Assembly: GCF_007748075.1 (NCBI RefSeq)
Contig: NZ_CP036280.1
Location: 2,520,001 to 2,552,000, forward strand
Origin: Mucisphaera calidilacus
GTDB taxonomy: Bacteria; Planctomycetota; Phycisphaerae; Phycisphaerales; Phycisphaeraceae
Reading direction: 5' to 3'
Length of the DNA: 32,000 nt
Part shown: positions 25,776 to 32,000 of the stretch, one piece after another
How positions within the stretch are numbered: the stretch's first letter is position 1
Layout: every line of letters starts with the position of its first letter
The notes under the pieces: generated by a model
The model's database searches: none
Told to the model about the DNA's origin: nothing
Seen by the model: the letters and a program-made list of their open reading frames with translations, nothing else
Translations under genes and position numbers: made by a program

Positions 25776-27350
25776 TCAGCCCTTCGGCTGCCAGCCGCTC
25801 TTGAACGTCTCGATCGCCTGGCTCAACTCCTCGCCCAGACCCTTCTTGAACGTCCTCTCCTCCACCAGACGATCACGCAGCGACTTGCCCGCACCGCGGA
25901 AATAATCCACCAGGTCCTTCGCAAAGTCCTGCACCTGCGCGTCCGTCAGCGAATCCAGATACCCCTTCGTGCCCGCAAAGATCTGGATGATCTGGTCGTA
26001 AGCATCCATCGGCACGTATTGCGGCTGCTTCAGCAGCTCCACCATCCGGGCACCACGATCCAGCTGACGCTGCGTCGCCTTGTCCAGGTCCGTGCCCAGC
26101 TGAGCAAACGCCTCCAGCTCGCGGTAAGCAGCCAGGTCCAGACGAAGCGAACCCGCCACCTCCTTCATCGCCTTGATCTGAGCGTTACCACCCACACGCG
26201 ACACCGAAATACCCACGTTCACCGCAGGACGAACGCCCGCAAAGAACAAATCCGGCTCCAGATAGATCTGGCCGTCCGTGATCGAGATCACGTTCGTCGG
26301 GATGTACGCCGAAACGTCACCCTCCTGCGTCTCGATGATCGGCAACGCCGTCAGCGAACCGCCGCCATTCTCATCACTCAGCTTGGTCGCACGCTCCAGC
26401 AGACGCGAGTGCAGGTAGAAGACGTCACCGGGATACGCCTCACGCCCCGGCGGACGACGCAGCAGAAGCGACAACTGGCGATAAGCCGTCGCCTGCTTCG
26501 AAAGGTCGTCATACACGCACAAAGCGTGATCACCCTTCCACATGAAATACTCGCCCATCGCGCAGCCCGCGTACGGAGCGATGTACTGCATCGGGGCCGG
26601 GTCCGACGCCGACGCCGCCACCACCACCGAGTAATCCAACGCGCCGTGCTGACGCAGCGTCTCCACCACGCCTGCCACCGTCGACTCCTTCTGACCCACC
26701 GCCACGTACACGCAGTAAACCGGGCCGTCCGCCGAGTTCTCGCCGTGCGTCTCCTTCTGGTTCAGGATCGCGTCCAGCGCCAACGCCGTCTTGCCCGTCT
26801 TGCGGTCACCGATAATCAGCTCTCGCTGACCACGCCCCACCGGGATCATCGCGTCCACCGACTTCACGCCGAACTGAAGCGGCTGAGTCACCGGCTGACG
26901 CGCCGCGATGCCCGGCGCAATGATGTCCACCTTCCGCATCTCGACGTTCTGAAGCGGGCCCTTGCCGTCGATCGGCTCGCCCAGACCGTTCACCACACGA
27001 CCCAGCAGCCCCGGGCCCACAGGCACCGACAGCAGCTGACCCGTCGAACGAACCGTCATCCCCTCCTTGATCTTCAGGTAGTCACCGAAGATGACCGCAC
27101 CCACGATGTCCTGCTCGAGGTTCATCGCCTGACCGCGGACCTTCGTCCCGTCGCCGAGCTCGAACTCCAGCATCTCCGCCGCCTGAACCTGCGACAGGCC
27201 GTAGATGCGGGCAATACCGTCACCCACCTCGATGACCTGCCCGACCTGCGAAACCTCGAGCTCGCTCGCGTAACGCTCGACTTCCTGCTTGATAACGCTC
27301 GTGATCTCGTCGGTGTTGATCTTCATCTCAAAGTCTTTCCCGGCCGTCAT
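25776..27350 (-). CDS. atpA: F1 ATP synthase subunit alpha
   Basis: Walker [10 protein letters not shown], plus [27 protein letters not shown] and [23 protein letters not shown]. The start overlaps the atpH stop (ATGA at 27347-27350). Confidence 0.98.
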   Translation of the reverse strand: MTAGKDFEMKINTDEITSVIKQEVERYASELEVSQVGQVIEVGDGIARIYGLSQVQAAEMLEFELGDGTKVRGQAMNLEQDIVGAVIFGDYLKIKEGMTVRSTGQLLSVPVGPGLLGRVVNGLGEPIDGKGPLQNVEMRKVDIIAPGIAARQPVTQPLQFGVKSVDAMIPVGRGQRELIIGDRKTGKTALALDAILNQKETHGENSADGPVYCVYVAVGQKESTVAGVVETLRQHGALDYSVVVAASASDPAPMQYIAPYAGCAMGEYFMWKGDHALCVYDDLSKQATAYRQLSLLLRRPPGREAYPGDVFYLHSRLLERATKLSDENGGGSLTALPIIETQEGDVSAYIPTNVISITDGQIYLEPDLFFAGVRPAVNVGISVSRVGGNAQIKAMKEVAGSLRLDLAAYRELEAFAQLGTDLDKATQRQLDRGARMVELLKQPQYVPMDAYDQIIQIFAGTKGYLDSLTDAQVQDFAKDLVDYFRGAGKSLRDRLVEERTFKKGLGEELSQAIETFKSGWQPKG

Positions 27351-27949
27351 CCGGCCTCTGCAACAGCTTCGCGGGCCCGCGCCCGACCTGCATCCATCAT
27401 CTGGTAGTTCATGCGACGCAGACGACTCGCCACGCTCGCATCAATCTGACGATCCCCGATCCGCGTCACCATCCCGCCCAGCAGCGAAGGATCCACCTCC
27501 ACCGCCAGCGAAACACCACACCCCAGCGACTCCGACAGCTTCCGCTCAAGATCCGAACGCATCGCGTCGTCCGGCTCAAACGCAAGCGTCACCGTCACCT
27601 GCTCAATGCCGCGACGCTCGCGATGAATCGTCAACGCCGCCACAAACATCTCACGCAGATCCGCCAGCCGACCCTTCCGGTTCACCACCTGCACAAAACG
27701 GTAAATCAGGTCGTGCACCCGGCCACGGAACACACGCTCCAGGATCTGCTCACGCTCGCGCATCCCCAGCAACTGGCTGTCCAGCACCCGGCGAAAACCC
27801 GACACGTCCGCGTCGATCAGCTCGAGCAGGGGCCGAAGCTCAAGCACCACCTCGTCCAACGCACCCTGATGATCCGCCAAGTCCAGCAGCGCCCGCGCAT
27901 AAACCCGGGCACCGGCATGGACGACCGTATCTTCTACAGGCTGAGGCAC
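27347..27949 (-). CDS. atpH: F1 ATP synthase subunit delta (OSCP)
   Basis: 200 aa. YARALLDLA..., ...[23 protein letters not shown] is an OSCP-type C-terminus. Sits between atpF and atpA. GTG start. Confidence 0.85.
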   Translation of the reverse strand: MPQPVEDTVVHAGARVYARALLDLADHQGALDEVVLELRPLLELIDADVSGFRRVLDSQLLGMREREQILERVFRGRVHDLIYRFVQVVNRKGRLADLREMFVAALTIHRERRGIEQVTVTLAFEPDDAMRSDLERKLSESLGCGVSLAVEVDPSLLGGMVTRIGDRQIDASVASRLRRMNYQMMDAGRARAREAVAEAG

Positions 27950-27983
27950 GTCGCGTTACTCCACAAAACTCTAAGCCCGAATA

Positions 27984-28586
27984 TCAGTTCCGCTCCGCCT
28001 GCTGCTTGAGCTGGCCAAGCGACTCATCAATCAGCTGACGCTGATCCTCCACCGAGATCTCACGCTGAAGAATCCGACCCGCCACCTGCGTCGCCAGGAC
28101 CGCCGTCTGCTCATACAACTCAGCCACGGCCTGCTCCTTCGCGACCCGGATGTCCGACTCGGCCCGCTCCTTGGTCCGCGCAATCTCCGCGTCCGCCGCA
28201 GCCTTCACCGACGCCGCCGCTCGCTGAGCCTCGCCACGCGCCTCATCAATCAGCTTCTGAGCCTCCTGATGGGCCTCACGCAGACGAACCTCGAGCTCCT
28301 CGGCCTTCGCCGTCGCCTCACGCGCCGCATCCTCCGCCTGCTTCAGATCACCACGCATCTTCTCCTCGCGGGCCTGAAGACCGCCCAGAACGTGCGGCCA
28401 GACAAAGAAGTAAAGCACCGCGAACAGCACACCAAAAAGGATCAGCTGCCACACGTACGTCATCGGATCGAAATCCGTGACGCCAGGCGAACCGTGACCG
28501 TCGCCATGCTCGCCAGCCTTCTCCGCCGCGAACAGACTCGCCGACATCAACAAAGGCATCGTCGCTACAACCAGCGTTCGGAACAT
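27984..28586 (-). CDS. atpF: F0 ATP synthase subunit b
   Basis: Hydrophobic N-terminus followed by a long charged coiled-coil (REEKMRGDLKQAEDAAREATAKAEELEVRLREAHQEAQKLIDEARGEAQR...). ATG at 28586 preferred (GGAGG 6 nt upstream). The track start at 28625 is a TTG. Confidence 0.85.
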   Translation of the reverse strand: MFRTLVVATMPLLMSASLFAAEKAGEHGDGHGSPGVTDFDPMTYVWQLILFGVLFAVLYFFVWPHVLGGLQAREEKMRGDLKQAEDAAREATAKAEELEVRLREAHQEAQKLIDEARGEAQRAAASVKAAADAEIARTKERAESDIRVAKEQAVAELYEQTAVLATQVAGRILQREISVEDQRQLIDESLGQLKQQAERN

Positions 28587-28627
28587 CCCGAACCTCCGTC
28601 GTGAAAGAGCGATCTCGGGACCCAAAC

Positions 28628-28885
28628 TCAGTTGCCCAGAACCACGAAGGCCAGCAGACCCATCGAAATCACGCCAAGACCCTCAACCAGAGCCGCAGCG
28701 ATAATCATGTTCGTACCGATCGTGCCGCTCGCCTCGGGCTGACGCGCAATGCCCTCAACCGCCGAACCGCCGATCCGGCCAATGCCCAGACCGGCACCCA
28801 GCACCGTCAGGCCGAAGCCCAGACCAATACCCATACCCGTCAGGCTGCCGCCTTCCTGTGCCAGCATATAGATCGATTCCAACAT
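28628..28885 (-). CDS. atpE: F0 ATP synthase subunit c
   Basis: 85-aa hairpin proteolipid with the Gly-rich helix-1 motif GAGLGIGRIGG, loop ARQPE and helix-2 carboxylate in AAALVEGLG. Confidence 0.93.
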   Translation of the reverse strand: MLESIYMLAQEGGSLTGMGIGLGFGLTVLGAGLGIGRIGGSAVEGIARQPEASGTIGTNMIIAAALVEGLGVISMGLLAFVVLGN

Positions 28886-28980
28886 CTTCGTTGCTCCAAG
28901 TCTCTGAAAAACACCAGATTAGAAGTTGTCCGGGATCTTCCGGGTCCCGGGGGGACGCATAGCATAGCGACGCTTCACAC

Positions 28981-29853
28981 TCAATGCGCTGCCGTGGCAC
29001 CCTCGTGACCATGGTCATCGTGATGCACCGCACCGGCCGCGATAAACAGCGTCGTCAAAAACGTGAAAATAAACGCCTGCAGGAACGCCACAAACAACTC
29101 CAGCAGGTTCAACAACGTCAGCGAAACCACCACCAGACCACCCACCGCCCAGCCCGTGATCAACGCCAGCACCGCCGCCACCACCAGGTGACCCGCCATC
29201 ATCGTCCCGAACAAACGAACCGCCAGCACCGTGCACTTGATCAACAAACCCATCACCTCGAGCACCACCAGAAACAACGCCAAAGGAGCCATCGCCACAG
29301 GCGTAAATGGCACCGGCGCGAAGTGCGCGAAATACTTCAACCCCTGCTCGTGAACACCAATCCCGACAATCGCGCACAGCGAAATCGTCGCCATCGCACC
29401 CGTGATCGCCAGATTACTCGTCGCCGTGCCACCCCAGTGCGCCCAGGAATCGTCCTGGAACACCAAAGCGAACAACGCACCGAACGGAATCATCCCCAGA
29501 ACGTTCGCGAACAGGATGAAAAAGAAGACCGACCAGATGTAATAGATGTACTTGTCCGTCAACGATCCAAGATTCGGACGAACCACGTTCTCTCGGATGA
29601 ACTCCGCCAGAACCTCGAACAGCTGCGCCAGACGACCCTTCGTCACGTAGCTCTCCGCATCCGTGCCCCGAGGCGTCGAACGACCCCCCACGTGACTGAA
29701 CACCAAGAACACCAGCACCGCCGCCACCAGACCCATCAGGTGGTGGTTCGTGATCGAAACCCCAAACGCCTCAAACAGGTGATGCGGGACCACGTGACTC
29801 GTCGGATCCTTCGCACCCAGCATCAAAAAAACGTTCGACATCACGAGAAGCAT
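28981..29853 (-). CDS. atpB: F0 ATP synthase subunit a
   Basis: Multi-TM protein with the conserved-Arg context LAVRLFGTMMAGH and FLQAFIFTFLTTLFI. Start is uncertain: ATG at 29853, ATG at 29841, or the track start at 29967. Confidence 0.9.
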   Translation of the reverse strand: MLLVMSNVFLMLGAKDPTSHVVPHHLFEAFGVSITNHHLMGLVAAVLVFLVFSHVGGRSTPRGTDAESYVTKGRLAQLFEVLAEFIRENVVRPNLGSLTDKYIYYIWSVFFFILFANVLGMIPFGALFALVFQDDSWAHWGGTATSNLAITGAMATISLCAIVGIGVHEQGLKYFAHFAPVPFTPVAMAPLALFLVVLEVMGLLIKCTVLAVRLFGTMMAGHLVVAAVLALITGWAVGGLVVVSLTLLNLLELFVAFLQAFIFTFLTTLFIAAGAVHHDDHGHEGATAAH

Positions 29854-29876
29854 CTCCTGATCAACCACATCGTCAT

Positions 29877-30176
29877 TCAGGACACATCGCCTGCACGACG
29901 CAACAAAGCCGTCACAACATAGGCCTCGCCGACAAGGCACAAAACGTAACCGATCATCGCCCACCACGCGACATCACGACCCGACAACCCTCCCAACGCC
30001 ACCACCGCCCACGCCAGCCCCGCCGTCGCCACCAGACGAACCAGCATCCCCAGCATCCACCCGCGGACCATGCCCAACGCGGCACCATCCGCCGAACCAC
30101 GCATCAACCACACAGGCAGCAAACCCAGCACACCCCCCAGCAACGCAGCGCCCAGACCCGCCAGCAACTCAACCAT
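29877..30176 (-). CDS. atpI: ATP synthase protein I-like small membrane protein
   Basis: About 99 aa, strongly hydrophobic with 3-4 helices, located immediately upstream of atpB. ATG at 30176 has GGAGG 5 nt upstream and overlaps the atpZ stop by 8 nt (ATGGTTGA). The identity rests on position and hydrophobicity only. Confidence 0.6.
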   Translation of the reverse strand: MVELLAGLGAALLGGVLGLLPVWLMRGSADGAALGMVRGWMLGMLVRLVATAGLAWAVVALGGLSGRDVAWWAMIGYVLCLVGEAYVVTALLRRAGDVS

Positions 30177-30435
30177 CACCGCCTCCACCCTCCCCATGCC
30201 TGCGATCACGCTCCGCTTCCTGATTCAACGCAATCGCCTTCTTCACCAGCAGATACAACCCGCCCATCACCCCCACCACCAGACCCGTCATCGACCACAA
30301 AGGACGCGTCCCCCAATGCCCATCCAACCAGAAACCCACACCCGCCAGCACCACCGCCGCCAGACCAAACTCCAGCCCCGAACCCGCCAATGCCCACAAA
30401 CGACGACGATCTTCCTCGGCCATCGCCCTCTGCAT
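30169..30435 (-). CDS. atpZ: AtpZ/AtpI-family putative F0F1-ATPase accessory subunit
   Basis: GLEFGLAAVVLAGVGFWLDGHWGTRPLWSMTGLVVGVMGGLYLLV matches the G.WLD...GT.P pattern of the AtpZ (ATPase_gene1) family. Start is ATG at 30435 or 30423. Confidence 0.75.
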   Translation of the reverse strand: MQRAMAEEDRRRLWALAGSGLEFGLAAVVLAGVGFWLDGHWGTRPLWSMTGLVVGVMGGLYLLVKKAIALNQEAERDRRHGEGGGGDG

Positions 30436-30454
30436 CCTCTCGCAATGCGAAACC

Positions 30455-31342
30455 CTAGTTCAACGCCGCCGCACCGCTGATGATCTCGTTCAGCTCCGTC
30501 GTGATCTGCGTCTGACGCGCACGGTTGTAAAGCCGCTTCAGCGACTTGCCCATCTTGCCCGCCGAGTCCGTCGCCGACTTCATCGCGATCATCCGCGCAA
30601 TCTGCTCACTCACCACCGCCTCGTTCAAACGCTGGAAAAGCGACGTCCGAACCGTCACAGGCAGCAACTCCGCCAGCAACGCCTCCGGCTCAGGCGAATA
30701 CTCGTAAACCACACCCGAACCCTCGCCCGACGCTCCCTCATCCTCACCCGACACCTGCTTGATCGGCAGCAACTGAGCCACCTCCGGGTACTGACGCGAC
30801 ATCTTCTCGAACGCCATCGACACCACCGAAACCCGGTCGTACGCCCCCGACGCATACCGCTCCATGTAATCGTCCGCCAACGCCTCCACCGCCGCGTACT
30901 CAGGCGTGTCCCCGATCTCCGAATGGAACGCACCCACCTCGATGTGGTTGAACTTGCAATACACCTGACCCTTACGCCCGATCAGCTCCACGTCCACCGG
31001 ACACGTCGCCGCACGCAGATACTGATGGGCCGCACGCAGCACGTTACCGTTGTAACCCCCGCAAAGACCACGGTTTGAGGTCACGATCAGCAGGAGCTCA
31101 CGCCTGGGCGACACCGCCGGCTCCGACAGCAGCGGATCGGTGATCTCACCCGATCCCGCCACGCTCGCCGCCAGCCGGCCCACCATCGACTCGATGCCGG
31201 CCGAATATGCCTTCGCCTCCGTCGCCCGACGCTGCATCGCCTGAAACCGCGCCGTCGCGATCATCTGCATCGTCTTCGTGATCCGCTGGATGTTGCGGAC
31301 CGCCTTCATACGCGTCTTCAATTCCCGACTGTTACTCGCCAT
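30455..31342 (-). CDS. atpG: F1 ATP synthase subunit gamma
   Basis: MASNSRELKTRMKAVRNIQRITKTMQMIATARF at the N-terminus, CGGYNGNV, and C-terminal YNRARQTQITTELNEIISGAAAL are canonical gamma motifs. ATG at 31342 preferred over 31354. Confidence 0.93.
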   Translation of the reverse strand: MASNSRELKTRMKAVRNIQRITKTMQMIATARFQAMQRRATEAKAYSAGIESMVGRLAASVAGSGEITDPLLSEPAVSPRRELLLIVTSNRGLCGGYNGNVLRAAHQYLRAATCPVDVELIGRKGQVYCKFNHIEVGAFHSEIGDTPEYAAVEALADDYMERYASGAYDRVSVVSMAFEKMSRQYPEVAQLLPIKQVSGEDEGASGEGSGVVYEYSPEPEALLAELLPVTVRTSLFQRLNEAVVSEQIARMIAMKSATDSAGKMGKSLKRLYNRARQTQITTELNEIISGAAALN

Positions 31343-31711
31343 AACCCAAAGCATAACCCAACCCCACCCACAACCTCAAAACCCGCACCCCCGCTCTCAA
31401 ACCCGGTTGGCTGCGACCAGACCGAGCCTGCGAAGGTCTGCCCACAGAATCGCCGCCACTCACGCCCCCCCACGCGAGCCCAAAGCGCGAACCTTCCTGA
31501 CCCTGCGCCCCTTCATCCCGATCCGCGATGAAGGCCCCAAACCCTGAGCGACGCCCTAGGCCGAATGTTTCAACGAAAATTGATTGATGACCCTGCACGA
31601 CGCCAAAAACAAGATCAAATCCTGTCCTCAACATTACAATGGTCTGCGTCCCCAGACCGCCTCGAGCAACCTGCCCCGTGGAGTTCGCTGGTTGAATCAC
31701 CCGGCCGATTG

Positions 31712-31777
31712 ATGGCCGAGGCTAGCATCGAGACTGGTATGAAGATGGGGAGAGGCGCAGATGCTGGCCTCGGTCAT
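31712..31777. repeat. imperfect inverted repeat (18-bp arms, 16/18 complementary, 30-nt spacer)
   Basis: Left arm ATGGCCGAGGCTAGCATC (31712-31729). Right arm GATGCTGGCCTCGGTCAT (31760-31777). Read directly from the sequence. Lies at the transition from high-GC to low-GC sequence. Confidence 0.6.
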
Positions 31778-31787
31778 TATGAATGGT

Positions 31788-31991
31788 TCAGGATCCGGGA
31801 GGAGGCACATCTTGCCTAATAGCTCCGTCTTCCGTGTTACTAATAATAGCTCTGGTTCCGTCCTGAGATTTTATGAGTATCCCTTCACTATCAGATTCTG
31901 CAATCATGAGTAGACGGAGCATGCCGGACAAGTCTGTCATGGATATCATTGACATGCCACCCTGCTGGCTACTTGATTCTATTGCTATCAT
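31788..31991 (-). CDS. small hypothetical ORF in the low-GC terminal segment (weak call)
   Basis: 67-aa ATG-initiated ORF (MIAIESSSQQGGMSMISMTDLSGMLRLLMIAESDSEG...). No clear RBS and no recognised family. Its composition differs from every other gene in the window. Confidence 0.2.
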   Translation of the reverse strand: MIAIESSSQQGGMSMISMTDLSGMLRLLMIAESDSEGILIKSQDGTRAIISNTEDGAIRQDVPPPGS

Positions 31992-32000
31992 TTCTGTGTC

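Noticed and set aside
25725-27407. 560-aa + strand ORF antisense to atpA. ORFs of the same kind occur at 688..1965, 2186..3655, 14680..16071, 24026..25222, 28984..29922 and 20628..21494.
   Set aside because: All are antisense or frame-shifted shadows of genes with unambiguous motifs, and all have the strand-typical low-complexity composition.
28886-28980. GC-rich CCGGG...CCCGG hairpin between atpB and atpE as a processing or attenuation element.
   Set aside because: The stem is only 5 bp, with alternative pairings, and I cannot evaluate its conservation. It is too weak to call.
25776-31354. Possibility that the unusual atp locus is an N-type (atpDCQRBEFAG) ATPase.
   Set aside because: A delta/OSCP subunit gene is present, but N-ATPase operons lack one. 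The gene order does not match, since gamma is first rather than last and no beta/epsilon genes lead the operon. The c subunit has E followed by G (VEGL) and no evident Na+-binding ES/ET motif. It is therefore treated as a rearranged F-type locus.
31332-31819. ORFs 31332..31700 (-, 122 aa) and 31565..31819 (+, 84 aa) upstream of atpG.
   Set aside because: The first is Gly/Arg-rich shadow sequence overlapping the atpG start. The second spans the compositional break and the inverted repeat, and has no RBS or motifs. The region is better read as a non-coding promoter or boundary.
1-32000. Scan for CRISPR arrays, tRNA or rRNA genes, IS elements or transposases, integrases, toxin-antitoxin pairs and known defence genes.
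   Set aside because: I saw no regularly spaced direct repeats, no cloverleaf-like conserved tRNA segments, and no ORF with transposase, integrase, nuclease or defence-system motifs. This absence rests on reading by eye and should be confirmed with tRNAscan, Infernal and defence-system HMM tools.

Overview
High-GC bacterial chromosomal window, tightly packed with about 31 supportable protein-coding genes. I recognised no rRNA, tRNA, CRISPR array or transposase. The gene content (PEP-CTERM cargo, dockerin-like repeats, ThuA/Gfo-Idh-MocA pair, DUF3568-like lipoprotein) suggests a PVC-type lineage such as Planctomycetota or Verrucomicrobiota, but that is only an inference. Left to right: (1) a minus-strand polysaccharide export block, made of a hypothetical with a degenerate P-loop, then wzm, then wzt with a C-terminal extra domain, then a coupled ORF truncated at the window edge. 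(2) An NTF2/SnoaL-like gene converging on a PEP-CTERM lysyl-oxidase-like secreted protein. (3) rimB-like protease and rimK, where RimK carries a C-terminal TrkA-C-like domain. (4) A sodium:solute symporter. (5) A B12-binding radical SAM enzyme, then LemA, then a long M48 peptidase. (6) xylB-xylA divergent from galK. (7) A secreted hypothetical, then ThuA and a Gfo/Idh/MocA oxidoreductase. (8) A lipoprotein, an orphan family-5 solute-binding protein, and an S1 protease with dockerin-like repeats and a PEP-CTERM tail. (9) A minus-strand run of atpG-atpZ-atpI-atpB-atpE-atpF-atpH-atpA, a GNAT gene and gltA, which is a non-canonical F-ATPase gene order with no beta or epsilon gene in the window. 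Two global signals stand out. First, the + strand is enriched in C and A regardless of gene orientation, so + strand genes use C/A-ending codons and - strand genes use G/T-ending codons. This asymmetry also explains the many very long low-complexity shadow ORFs in the six-frame track. Second, composition drops sharply to low GC after about 31560, next to an 18-bp imperfect inverted repeat. I did not find a recognisable defence or mobile system. The candidates for something undescribed are the rearranged atp locus, the rSAM-LemA-M48 trio and the PEP-CTERM LOX-like protein. All functional calls rest on my recognition of motifs in the translated ORFs, not on searches.
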